A stretch of 64,000 nucleotides of DNA, taken from the NCBI GenBank assembly GCA_963851065.1, contig CAWKNW010000017.1, positions 165,198 through 229,197 of the forward strand, in the 5' to 3' direction. The notes beneath the pieces are model-generated. The model was not told the origin of the DNA and made no database searches. It was given only the letters and a program-made list of their open reading frames with translations. This stretch comes from an uncultured Thermoleophilia bacterium. Its GTDB lineage: Bacteria > Actinomycetota > Thermoleophilia > Gaiellales > Gaiellaceae. This document shows, piece after piece, positions 8,684 to 19,695 of this stretch. Made by a program: the position numbers and the translations under genes. Each line of letters begins with the position of its first letter. The first letter of the stretch is position 1.

Positions 8684-8751
8684 CCGAACGCTCCTCTTCG
8701 TGCCCGCCGGGGTGGCGAGCTCGCTACGGAGCCTAATGAGATAATCGTGGC

Positions 8752-10008
8752 ATGCCGCGCGGGCAGATCACCTCGAGCGGGGTACGCCGCCGCATCCCGG
8801 GGCTGACCCTCGTCGAGCACGAATTCTCGACACCGCTCGACCACGCCGGCGACGGCGGAGAGGAGCTCATGCTGTTCGCCCGGGAGCTGATCGGCGACTC
8901 GCCGGGCGCCGAGAGCTTTCCGCTGCTGGTGTTCTTCCAGGGCGGACCGGGGTTCGAGGCGCCCCGGGCCCTCAGCGCACCGGAACCGAGTGCCTGGCTG
9001 CAGCGCGCACTCCGCGAGTACCGGGTGTTGATGCTCGACCAGCGCGGGACCGGCCGGTCGACGCCCGTCGGGCGACTCGACGGACTGAGCGCTCGGGATC
9101 AGGCCGCCTATCTGACGCACTTTCGCGCCGACTCGATCGTGCGTGACGCAGAGCGCGTCCGGGCGGCACTCGACGTCGAGCGGTGGTCGGTGATGGGACA
9201 GAGCTTCGGCGGCTTCTGTGTCCTCGCCTACCTGTCGGCCTTCCCCGGCTCGTTGCGCGAGGCATTCTTCTGCGGCGGCCTTCCTCCGATCGGGCGCCCC
9301 ACGGACGACGTCTATACGCGCACGTACGCGCACGTCCGGGAGCGGTGCCGCCGGTACTTCGAGCGATACCCGGACGACCGGGAGCGGGTCCGCGCCATTC
9401 ACCGGCAGACAGCCGAAGGATCGATCACTCTGCCGACAGGCGAGCAGCTGACGGCGCGCCGGTTCCGCCAGCTCGGCCTGATGCTGGGGATGAGCGACGG
9501 CGCCGAGCGGCTCCATGCGATCCTCGAGCTTCCGACCGACTCGCCCGCCTTCCTGTTCGACGTGGCGAACGGCAGTGACTTCTCACGCAATCCGCTCTTC
9601 GCAGCCGTTCACGAGTCGTGCTATGCCGACGGCTGCGTCACCGCCTGGTCGGCGGAGCGCACCTTGCCAAGCGACTTCGACGACGTCGAGCTCTTCACGG
9701 GCGAGCACGTCTTTCCGTGGATGTTCGAGGACTACGCTGCGTTGAGACCCCTTCGCGGGGCTGCGGAGCTCCTGGCGCATCACTCGTGGCCGCGCCTCTA
9801 CGACGACACGCGACTCGCGGCGAACGAGGTGCCGGCCGCAGCCGTCATCTACGCCAACGACATGTACGTCGATCGCGACCTGTCCGAGGAGACGGCCGGC
9901 CGGGTCGGGAACCTGCGGCGGTGGCTGACGGACGAGTACGAACACGACGGGATCCGCGTCGACGGTGCGCGCATCCTCGACCGGCTGATCTCGCTCGTGC
10001 GCGGCTAG
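8752..10008 (+). CDS. prolyl aminopeptidase / alpha-beta hydrolase (S33 family)
   Basis: The 418-aa protein contains LLVFFQGGPGFEAP, MLDQRGTGRSTP and GQSFGG (the nucleophile elbow). A GATAAT-like -10 box sits about 6 nt before the ATG, which suggests a leaderless mRNA. Confidence 0.85.
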   Translation: MPRGQITSSGVRRRIPGLTLVEHEFSTPLDHAGDGGEELMLFARELIGDSPGAESFPLLVFFQGGPGFEAPRALSAPEPSAWLQRALREYRVLMLDQRGTGRSTPVGRLDGLSARDQAAYLTHFRADSIVRDAERVRAALDVERWSVMGQSFGGFCVLAYLSAFPGSLREAFFCGGLPPIGRPTDDVYTRTYAHVRERCRRYFERYPDDRERVRAIHRQTAEGSITLPTGEQLTARRFRQLGLMLGMSDGAERLHAILELPTDSPAFLFDVANGSDFSRNPLFAAVHESCYADGCVTAWSAERTLPSDFDDVELFTGEHVFPWMFEDYAALRPLRGAAELLAHHSWPRLYDDTRLAANEVPAAAVIYANDMYVDRDLSEETAGRVGNLRRWLTDEYEHDGIRVDGARILDRLISLVRG

Positions 10009-10012
10009 ATAG

Positions 10013-10045
10013 AGGGGGCGAGTGCCGTACCGGCACTCGCCCCCT
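10013..10045. terminator. bidirectional stem-loop terminator between convergent genes
   Basis: AGGGGGCGAGTGCCG-TAC-CGGCACTCGCCCCCT is a perfect 15-bp stem with a 3-nt loop. It starts 5 nt after the aminopeptidase stop and sits upstream of the convergent membrane-protein stop. It has no long T tract. Confidence 0.6.
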
Positions 10046-10064
10046 GGAAGAAACGTCCCCGGAC

Positions 10065-10484
10065 TCAGAGATCCGATCGTTCGGGGTAGCCCTCCCACCG
10101 TGCCGTCAACGCGAAGAGGACGATGATGTTCAACGTGATGATCACGAGCGACCACAGCGGGTACCCGCTGTTGCCCAGCCAGCCGAGCTGAGCGATGATG
10201 TTCAGGGCGACGACGACGATCGTGAACCAGCGTGCCCAGCCCGAGCCGCTCCAGAGGGCGAGCCCGGCGAGAACGAGCACGACGCCCCAGAGCATCGTGA
10301 CCCAGCCCCAGGTCGTCGTGTCGAACACGACGAGCTGGTTGCCGTGAATCACGTAGTACTGACCGCGGATGACCGCGATCAGGCCCTCGAAGAAGTCCAA
10401 CATTCCGACGATCAGCATCACGACCGCCGCGAAGCCGATCCAGCCTGCCATCGGTTGCTTCACTGCTACCACCTCCACCTTCAT
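10065..10484 (-). CDS. integral membrane protein (4 TM; resembles the DUF7144 family)
   Basis: The 139-aa protein has four hydrophobic segments and the conserved-looking motifs FDTTTWGWV and GSGWARWF. Confidence 0.7.
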   Translation of the reverse strand: MKVEVVAVKQPMAGWIGFAAVVMLIVGMLDFFEGLIAVIRGQYYVIHGNQLVVFDTTTWGWVTMLWGVVLVLAGLALWSGSGWARWFTIVVVALNIIAQLGWLGNSGYPLWSLVIITLNIIVLFALTARWEGYPERSDL

Positions 10485-10543
10485 TCTTCTTGCCTCGCAC
10501 GCGGTTCGACACGCGCGACCGCGTTCCTACGGTTCACACCTTC

Positions 10544-12493
<1,950 letters not shown>

Positions 12494-12500
12494 GAACGGA

Positions 12501-12758
12501 TCATGGCATTGCGGGCTCGAGTGCCTCGAGACCGCGGAGGTCGACGCAGGTGATGCCACGGACCGTGGCAAACACCATCACAACACTCCCGCAACTGCGG
12601 CATCGGACGACGGTGCCGGGCGCGCGCAGGTAGACCTGGAACTCTGCGACGCACGCACGCGCTCCACAGCTCGCGCAGGTGCCCGTCGCGGCCGTCGACT
12701 CGGCACCGAAGACGTCGAACAGCAACCCGGCGATCGCATTTCCATCGAGCGCGTGCAT
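12501..12758 (-). CDS. small Cys-rich protein (resembles the DUF6510 family)
   Basis: The 85-aa protein contains LDGNAIAG, CASCG and RCRSCG. It overlaps the upstream stop by 1 nt (TGATG). Confidence 0.65.
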   Translation of the reverse strand: MHALDGNAIAGLLFDVFGAESTAATGTCASCGARACVAEFQVYLRAPGTVVRCRSCGSVVMVFATVRGITCVDLRGLEALEPAMP

Positions 12759-13501
12759 CAGGTTGGCCCGAACCGCTCGGTCCTGATCCGTCCGGGGTCA
12801 TGGCCGAGACCAACGAGCGCACCGGCGGCGGCTTCGACCAGCCCGGTCGGCCCGCAAACGTAGACGAGCGGACGGTCATGGGGCGGCCAGCTCACGTCGG
12901 CAAGGAGCTCAGCGTCGATCCGGCGTGTGTAACCGCGCCACCCATCCGGCCGCTCGCGGGTGAGTGTGAAGCGGATGTCGATCTCGTCGTCGGCGGCGAT
13001 CCGCATCAACTCGTCGTGATAGACCACCTCGGAAAGCGACCGCGCCGAGTAGAGCAGCCGTACCGGAACGACACTCTCGAGCGCCCGATGATGGCGAAGC
13101 ATCGACCTGAGCGGCACCACCCCCGAGCCGCCGGCGACCAGGAGCAGAGGGCCTCCGAGAGGCTCGTTCCAGACGAAGTAACCGCCGACGGGCCCACGAA
13201 GCTCGAGCTTGTCGCCGGCGCGGAGCTCCTCGGTGAGGTACGGGGACACCTCGCCGTCGTCGAGCCGCTCGACGGTCAGCATCAGATAGCCGTCCTCGGG
13301 AGCAGATGCGATCGAGTAGCTGCGCTGGGCCTGGTAGCCGTCCTCCGCGGTCAGTCGGACGTCGACGTGCTGACCCGCCTCGTGCCCACTCCAGTCGGGG
13401 AGGTCGAGAACGATGCTCTTGGCGCGTGCCGTCTCCTCGAGGAGCTCGATCACCGTGCCGACCTGCCAGTTCAGTCGCCGACGTAGCGCTGTTCTTTCCA
13501 T
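12758..13501 (-). CDS. FNR-type FAD/NAD(P)-binding oxidoreductase (ferredoxin reductase-like)
   Basis: It starts at the internal ATG of track ORF 12758..13897. Motifs are RSYSIAS (FAD RxYS), LRGPVGG and LLLVAGGSGVVP (NAD binding), plus YVCGP. Confidence 0.8.
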   Translation of the reverse strand: MERTALRRRLNWQVGTVIELLEETARAKSIVLDLPDWSGHEAGQHVDVRLTAEDGYQAQRSYSIASAPEDGYLMLTVERLDDGEVSPYLTEELRAGDKLELRGPVGGYFVWNEPLGGPLLLVAGGSGVVPLRSMLRHHRALESVVPVRLLYSARSLSEVVYHDELMRIAADDEIDIRFTLTRERPDGWRGYTRRIDAELLADVSWPPHDRPLVYVCGPTGLVEAAAGALVGLGHDPGRIRTERFGPT

Positions 13502-14073
13502 GGATCGCCGTAGTTGTGGTAGCCGTAACCCTCCCAGAAGCCGGGCTCGTCCTCGTCGCGGAGTTCGAGACCGCGCACCCACTTCGCGCTCTTCCAGAAA
13601 TAGAGGTGGGGCACGAGCAGCCGAGCAGGCCCGCCGTGCTCTGCCTCGAGCTGCTCGCCGTCGTACTGGTATGCGATCCACGCCTTGCCCCCGCTCAAGT
13701 CGTCGAGCGGCAGGTTGGTCGTGTAGCCGCCGTCGCTGAACGCGAGTGCGTATTCCGCGCCGGTCTCGACGCCTTCGAGCAGCGTGTCGACCGAGACGCC
13801 GGTCCACCCCGTGTCGAGCTTCGACCACTTGGTGACGCAGTGGATGTCGACCGTGATCGTCTCGTTCGGGAGCTCGCCGAGCTCCTCCCAGCTCCACGAG
13901 ACCGGCTTGTCGACGGCGCCGCGGATCGTGAAGCTCCAGTCCGAGAGGGACGTGTGCGGTGTAGGCCCCGCCGAGAGCACCGGAAAGTCGTCGGTGACGT
14001 ACTGCCCGGGAGGCACTCTCCCGGCCTCGACCGGCCGGCGGCGGCCCTGGAAGCCCCGTGAGACGGGCGTCAT
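13471..14073 (-). CDS. sulfite-oxidase-like molybdopterin-binding oxidoreductase (small form)
   Basis: The 200-aa protein contains TVDIHCVTKWSKLDTGWTGV, GGPARLLVPHLYFWKSAKW and GYHNYGDPWKEQRY, typical of the short molybdopterin oxidoreductase domain family. Confidence 0.8.
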   Translation of the reverse strand: MTPVSRGFQGRRRPVEAGRVPPGQYVTDDFPVLSAGPTPHTSLSDWSFTIRGAVDKPVSWSWEELGELPNETITVDIHCVTKWSKLDTGWTGVSVDTLLEGVETGAEYALAFSDGGYTTNLPLDDLSGGKAWIAYQYDGEQLEAEHGGPARLLVPHLYFWKSAKWVRGLELRDEDEPGFWEGYGYHNYGDPWKEQRYVGD

Positions 14074-14134
14074 GCGTGTGCCCCGATCGCTCTTGAAGCC
14101 ATTGCTCTACACCTCCCTGCTTCGGCGGCGACCG

Positions 14135-15664
14135 TCATGCTTCCACGGTGGCGGGAGCCGCTTCCGGCTCAGCCTGCACTCCCCGCCTCAGCCCGACGAA
14201 CGCGACGACGGCGGCAACGCCCATGATCGCGGCCATCGCATGGAGGACCGAGCGAGTGGCGTCCGCGAAGTCGAGGCGCACGAAGTGCGGAATCGTCCCG
14301 GTTCCGGCCCGTGACCCCTGCTGCGACAAGGCCGACGCCTTCGTGGAGGCCTGCGCCCTCGGCAGGCCCTGCGCGACGAGCGAGCTCGTGAGTTGCGAGT
14401 GCATCTGTGAGACGAGGAGACTCCCGAGGACCGCAATGCCGAGGCTGGCGGCATAGTTGCGCACGGTCTGGGTGATGCCCGTGGCTTCGCCGTAGGTAAA
14501 CCGCGAGGCACGGTTGACCGCGTCCGTGCTGGCAGGGCCGAGCATGAAGCCCATGCCGGCACCGGCGAGGATCACGTACCAGACCTGGTTGCCCAGATCG
14601 AGCTCGGTCACCTTCCCGGCCCACAGCCAGTAGCCGACGACGGCCAGCACGCAGCCGAGCACGACCGGACGCTTGGCGCCGATGCGGTCGAGCATCCGCC
14701 CACCGATCTGGGCGGCGACCACGAACCCGAGGAAGAAGTACAGGAGCACCAGGCTCGCCGACGATGCCGACTTGCCCAGCGAGATCTGCGCGTACTCGCT
14801 CGCGAAGAAGAAGACCGGGATGAAGACCATGTTCGAGACGCCGAGAACGAGGTTCTCGACGAAGAACGGGCGAATCCGGAAGATGCTCACCTCGATCAGC
14901 GGAGACGAGACGCCGCGCTCATAGAGGAAGAAGGCGACGAGGAGCAGGGCGCCGACGACCACGCAGGCGATCGTCTTCGGGTCCGACCATCCCCATGTGC
15001 CCGACTGCTGGAACCCGAAGATGCTGAGCGCAACACCCGACGCGATGAGCACCAGCCCGCGGTAGTCCATGGGAGCCGGGCGATGGTCGGTGACCGGCCT
15101 CGAAACCATGATCAGGATCAACGCGATGATCGCGATCGGAATGTTCACCCAGAAGATCGCGCGCCAGGTCCACTGCGTGAGATATCCGCCGAGCACAGGC
15201 CCCACGGCGGTCAGCCCACCGGCAATTCCGAAGAAGAGCGCCAACGCTTTCCCGCGCTGGTGCAGCGGAAAGGTCTGCACGACGATCGCGAGCGCGGCCG
15301 GGAACATGAGCGCGCCGCCGACGCCCTGAAGAACGCGGAACGTGACGAGCCACGCCTCGGCAACGCTTCCCTTCGGCGTGAGGCCACAGAATGCGGATGC
15401 TCCCGCGAAGACGATGACGCCGATCGTGACCATCTTCTTGTGGCCGACGGTGTCGGCAAGGCGGCCGCCGAAGGCGAAGAAGGCGGCCAGCGACAGCAGG
15501 TAAGCGTTGATCGCCCACTGCACGCCGGTGCTCGTCAAGCCGAGCTCGTGTTGGATGTTGGGCGCGGCGATCGAGACGATCGTCTGATCGATGAAGGTCA
15601 TCGAGACGGCGAAGATCATCGCCGCGAGAATCAGATTCCTCGATTGGACAGGGGTCGCGGTCAT
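14135..15664 (-). CDS. MFS transporter, DHA2 (14-TMS EmrB/QacA-like) family
   Basis: The 509-aa protein has about 14 hydrophobic segments and the MFS motifs GGRLADTVGHKK and LQGVGGALMFP. Confidence 0.9.
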   Translation of the reverse strand: MTATPVQSRNLILAAMIFAVSMTFIDQTIVSIAAPNIQHELGLTSTGVQWAINAYLLSLAAFFAFGGRLADTVGHKKMVTIGVIVFAGASAFCGLTPKGSVAEAWLVTFRVLQGVGGALMFPAALAIVVQTFPLHQRGKALALFFGIAGGLTAVGPVLGGYLTQWTWRAIFWVNIPIAIIALILIMVSRPVTDHRPAPMDYRGLVLIASGVALSIFGFQQSGTWGWSDPKTIACVVVGALLLVAFFLYERGVSSPLIEVSIFRIRPFFVENLVLGVSNMVFIPVFFFASEYAQISLGKSASSASLVLLYFFLGFVVAAQIGGRMLDRIGAKRPVVLGCVLAVVGYWLWAGKVTELDLGNQVWYVILAGAGMGFMLGPASTDAVNRASRFTYGEATGITQTVRNYAASLGIAVLGSLLVSQMHSQLTSSLVAQGLPRAQASTKASALSQQGSRAGTGTIPHFVRLDFADATRSVLHAMAAIMGVAAVVAFVGLRRGVQAEPEAAPATVEA

Positions 15665-15819
15665 GCCGGCATCCTGTCTCCTTCGCTATCCACCGTCGTC
15701 GATCCCACGCGACAAGTCTGCCTGCCGGTTCGAGTTTCCATCGGCGATGTCATACACTCTCCTCGCACACGTAGGTCGATCGTTGGATGTCTGCATTCGA
15801 GGATTGAGGGGAACCGAAC

Positions 15820-15975
15820 GTGGAACCAAGGACCTCGCTGACGACGGTCGCGAAGTCGCTCGACGAAGCGATGCGGGAAGCTCGGCTGAAGAACGAGCAG
15901 CTGCGCCGAAGGCGGCGCTCGGACAAGCCGGCAACCGAGCGGCATCACCTCGCCGAGCTGGCGCAACGCGCGTAG
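15820..15975 (+). CDS. possible small basic protein (51 aa), unassigned
   Basis: It is not in the ORF track because it is under 60 aa. It has a GTG start preceded by GAGGGG about 8 nt upstream and a high GC3. The sequence is VEPRTSLTTVAKSLDEAMREARLKNEQLRRRRRSDKPATERHHLAELAQRA. No family was recognised. Confidence 0.25.
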   Translation: MEPRTSLTTVAKSLDEAMREARLKNEQLRRRRRSDKPATERHHLAELAQRA

Positions 15976-16025
15976 CCTCCAGCCCGACCACCCTGCTGGC
16001 GATCGAGACGCCCCACGGCCCTGCG

Positions 16026-16598
16026 GTGGCCCAGGTCACGAGGGTCCCCGAGGCCCGGGGAGCGCTCGTCCTCGGCCACGGCGCCGGCGGGGGCATCGCG
16101 GCACGCGACCTGGTTGCAGCATCGGAGGCAGCAGGCTCGGCCCGCTTCTCTGTCGCACTCGTCGAACAGCCCTACCGCGTCGCCGGGCGGCGGAGCCCCG
16201 CGCCGGCGCACCAGCTCGACGCCGCGTGGGTCGCAGTCGTCCAGCACCTGGCCCTGAAGGAGCTCCGGGGGCTTCCGCTCGTGACCGGCGGCCGCTCGTC
16301 CGGTGCCCGGGTCGCCTGCCGCACCGCATCGGCCGTGGGCGCGATCGGCGTCCTCTGCCTGGCGTTCCCGCTCGCCCCACCCGCCCGCGCCGGGAAGGAG
16401 CCGGCGCCCAGCCGTCTCCCCGAGCTCGACGCGATCACCGTGCCGACGCTCGTCGTCCAGGGAACGAACGACCGCTTCGGGATGCCGCCACCCTCCGCGC
16501 AGCGCAAGGTCGTCCAGGTGCGAGGCGACCACAGCCTCCGCTCCGATCTCGGCACGCTCGCCACGGCCGTCGACGAGTGGCTGACAGCTCTTCTCTAG
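16026..16598 (+). CDS. alpha/beta-fold hydrolase (dienelactone hydrolase / KANL3-like)
   Basis: This is the C-terminal part of track ORF 15591..16598. Motifs are ALVLGHGAGGG, GGRSSGARVA (nucleophile elbow), LVVQGTNDRFG and GDHS. The start is uncertain. The GTG at 16026 is the first canonical in-frame start after the small ORF, but homologues probably include the preceding LLAIETPHGPA. Confidence 0.6.
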   Translation: MAQVTRVPEARGALVLGHGAGGGIAARDLVAASEAAGSARFSVALVEQPYRVAGRRSPAPAHQLDAAWVAVVQHLALKELRGLPLVTGGRSSGARVACRTASAVGAIGVLCLAFPLAPPARAGKEPAPSRLPELDAITVPTLVVQGTNDRFGMPPPSAQRKVVQVRGDHSLRSDLGTLATAVDEWLTALL

Positions 16599-16607
16599 CA
16601 TCGGAGC

Positions 16608-17294
16608 ATGAGCTGGGACGAGCGGATGTCCGAGCGGTACGACGAGTGGTCCGCGGACATGACGGACGACGTGCCGTTCTACGTTCGCCTCGCGCGTGAG
16701 ACGGATGGACCGGTCGTCGAGCTCGCCGTGGGCAACGGCCGGGTCGCGGTTCCCGTCGGCCGCGCGATCGGTCGTTCGGTGATCGGGATCGACTCGTCTC
16801 CCTCGATGCTCGAACAGGCGCGGACTGCTGCCGCCGGGGCGGGAGTGGAGCTCGACCTGCGTCTCGGAGACATGCGCGACTTCGAGCTCCACGAGCCTGC
16901 GGCACTCGTCTACTGCCCGTACCGGGCGCTCCTGCACCTGCCGACGTGGGCCGACCGGCGGCGGACCTTCGAACGCGTCACCGCGGCGCTCCGGCCCGGC
17001 GGCCGGTTCGCGTGGAACGTCTTCGCGTTCGACCACGCGATCGCAGCTCGCCTCGACAGGGTGCACGAGCTCCAGCCCGTTCCCCACACCCTCCACTACT
17101 CGGTCGGCGACAACCGCATCGACATCGTCCTGGACGGCGGCGGCACGAGCTCGCTCTGGTGGGCGACGAAGAACGAATGGCTCGGCCTGCTCGACGTCGC
17201 CGGGCTGGAGCTCGAGACGCTCGACGGCGACTTCGCCGGGACTCCGGTCGACGACGAGAGCCGCGAATACGTCTTCGTCGCCCGGCGACCATGA
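16608..17294 (+). CDS. class I SAM-dependent methyltransferase
   Basis: The 228-aa protein has the SAM motif VVELAVGNGRV followed by GIDSSPSML and LRPGGRF. Confidence 0.85.
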   Translation: MSWDERMSERYDEWSADMTDDVPFYVRLARETDGPVVELAVGNGRVAVPVGRAIGRSVIGIDSSPSMLEQARTAAAGAGVELDLRLGDMRDFELHEPAALVYCPYRALLHLPTWADRRRTFERVTAALRPGGRFAWNVFAFDHAIAARLDRVHELQPVPHTLHYSVGDNRIDIVLDGGGTSSLWWATKNEWLGLLDVAGLELETLDGDFAGTPVDDESREYVFVARRP

Positions 17295-18455
17295 CGGCGC
17301 GCGTCACGTCGATCGCCCTGCTCGTCGTGGCCGCGCTCGCTGCGGCGGGTTGCGGCGGCGCGAAGCGCAGCTCGCCGACGACCACGACCTCGACGCAAAG
17401 CGCATCCGGCACTGTCTGGCTCTGCCGGCCCGGCCAGGCGCAGAACCCGTGTCTCACGAGCCTCGCGACGACGGTCGTCGAGCCGAACGGGGCGACGCAC
17501 GTCGTCCCCGCCTCGCCCGCGAAGAGCCCTCCGGTCGACTGCTTCTACGTCTACCCGACGGTCAGCAACCAGCCGACGGTGAACGCGAACCTCGAGACCG
17601 GGCTCCGGGAGACCGCCGTCGCCGTCACCCAGGTGTCGCGGTTCTCGCAGGTCTGCAAGCGTCTATGCGCCGGTCTACCGCCAGATCACCCTCGGCGCCC
17701 TCGATCACCCGCGCCGGATCACGCTCGCCGACGCGCGCATCGCCTACCGGAGCGTCCTCGATGCGTTTCGCGACTACCTCGCCCGCTACAACCACGGCCG
17801 CGGCATCGTGTTCATCGGCCACTCGCAGGGCGCGACCATCCTGATCAGGCTGCTGCAGCGGGAGGTCGACGGGGACCCGACGCTCCGCAACCGGCTCGTC
17901 TCCGCGCTGATTCTGGGCGGAAACGTGACCGTTCCCAAAGGTGAGACTGTCGGCGGCGACTTCGCGCACATCCCCGCCTGCACGTCGAGCACCGAGACGG
18001 GCTGCGTCGTCGCCTACTCGAGCTTCGCGAGCAAGCCGCCGGCGAACAGCCAGTTCGGACGGACGAGCTCCGACGGGGGCGTGCGCCTCCTCGCGCCGCG
18101 CAGGCTCTCACCTGCGCTCAGGATCTTGTGCGTCAACCCGGCCTCGCCGTCGGGCGGGGCGGCGCCGCTCGATCCCTATCTGCCGTCGTTCGCGTTGGGC
18201 GTCCTCGCGCCTACGTCGATCCCGACGGTGCAGACGCCGTGGGTCGCATTTCCGGGTGCGTACACCGGCCGCTGCGAGACGTCGGGGAATGCGACGTGGC
18301 TCCAGGTCACACGCACGCCCGGCGTCGCCGACGGTCCCGCGCTCACGCGCGCGGAGCAGCCGGAGCTCGGCCTGCACGTGCTCGACGTGAACCTCGCCCT
18401 CGGCAACCTCGTCCGCCTCGTCCGGACCGAGGCGGCGGCGTACCACCGCCGCTAG
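17291..18455 (+). pseudogene. DUF3089-type lipase-like lipoprotein, reading frame broken near 17657-17661
   Basis: The N-terminal part (MTARVTS...AALAAAGCGG lipobox ...DCFYVYPT...FSQVC) is in frame 2 (track ORF 16946..17944). The conserved continuation VYAPVYRQITLGAL...GIVFIGHSQGA...CVVAYSSF is in frame 0 (track ORF 17808..18455, open upstream to at least 17631). One protein is therefore split by a 1-nt shift. Confidence 0.7.
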
Positions 18456-19669
18456 AGCTTCTCGAGCTCGAACTTCGCGTGCACCGCGCGCACCGCGGCC
18501 TCGACGTCGTCCTCACGGACGACGCACGAGATCCGGATCGGAGACGTGGAGATGATCGCGATGTTGATGCCGGCCTCGGCAAGCGCGTCGAACATGTCCG
18601 CCGCAACACCGGGGTCCGACTTCATGCCGGCCCCGACGAGCGAGACCTTCGCGATCCGGCGATCAGCGGACACGCCGGCCGCGTCGAGGATCGCGGCTGC
18701 TTCCTGCAGCACCGGCTCCGCGCGATCGAGGTCGTCCCGCGGCAATGTGAACGAGATGTCGGTGCGACCTTCCTCGGAGACGTTCTGCACGATCATGTCG
18801 ACGTTGATCCCGGCCTCGGCGAGCGGGCGGAAGAGCGCGGCCGCGATCCCGGGCCGGTCGGGAACGCCGGCGATCGTGACCTTCGCCTCAGATGTGTCAT
18901 GGGCGACGCCGGACACGATTGCGCGCTCGAGCATGTCCTCCTCCTTGACGATCCAGGTGCCGTCGCCGGCGTGGAAGGACGATCTCACATGGATCGGCAC
19001 ACCGGCGTTGCGAGCGAGCTCCACCGAGCGCAGCATCAGCACGCGGGCACCACACGCGGCGAGGTCGAGCATCTCCTCGTACGAGATCGACGCCAGCTTC
19101 GATGCGCCCGGAACGATCCGCGGATCGGCCGTGTAGACGCCGTCGACGTCCGTGTAGATCTCGCAGACGTCGGCGTGCAGGGCGGCGGCGAGCGCGACGG
19201 CCGTCGCGTCGGAACCGCCCCGTCCCAGGGTCGTCACGTCCCGTCCCGGCGAGATGCCCTGGAAGCCGGCGACGATGGCGATCTTCCGCTCCCCCAGCGC
19301 CTGGCGCACCGGCTCGACTCGTACCTCCACGATGCGTGCCTGGCCGTGGGCACCGTCCGTCACGATTCCCGCCTGATCCCCGGTGAACGACACGGCAGCG
19401 AGCCCGAGCTCGTTGAGGGCGATCGAGAGCAGGGCGATCGAGATCCGCTCGCCGGCCGTCAGGAGGACATCGAGCTCCCGAGGGTTCGGCGAGCTCGAGA
19501 GCTGCCGTGCGAGGTCGAGGAGCTCGTCCGTGGTCGCGCCCATCGCCGACACGACCACGCACACGTCGGCGCCCGACTCGGCCGTCGCGGCGATCCGGCG
19601 CGCGACGTTCTCGATTCGCTCCGGATCTCCCACCGAGGTCCCGCCGAACTTCTGGACGACGAGACCCAC
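18452..19669 (-). CDS. lysC: aspartate kinase (paralog 1), with C-terminal ACT domains
   Basis: The 405-aa protein contains [28 protein letters not shown] and [17 protein letters not shown], plus two ACT-like repeats. It has a GTG start. Confidence 0.9.
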   Translation of the reverse strand: MGLVVQKFGGTSVGDPERIENVARRIAATAESGADVCVVVSAMGATTDELLDLARQLSSSPNPRELDVLLTAGERISIALLSIALNELGLAAVSFTGDQAGIVTDGAHGQARIVEVRVEPVRQALGERKIAIVAGFQGISPGRDVTTLGRGGSDATAVALAAALHADVCEIYTDVDGVYTADPRIVPGASKLASISYEEMLDLAACGARVLMLRSVELARNAGVPIHVRSSFHAGDGTWIVKEEDMLERAIVSGVAHDTSEAKVTIAGVPDRPGIAAALFRPLAEAGINVDMIVQNVSEEGRTDISFTLPRDDLDRAEPVLQEAAAILDAAGVSADRRIAKVSLVGAGMKSDPGVAADMFDALAEAGINIAIISTSPIRISCVVREDDVEAAVRAVHAKFELEKL

Positions 19670-19695
19670 GTCGATACTTTATCTTTTGAAGCCTG

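Noticed and set aside
5798-8806. A 1002-aa plus-strand ORF, the longest non-gltB ORF in the track.
   Set aside because: It is antisense to the PpsB-like and PpsA-like genes. Its composition is dominated by Arg, Asp, Gly, Pro and His runs with no recognisable motif. The opposite strand encodes proteins with clear family signatures. This is a typical open antisense frame in ~70% GC DNA.
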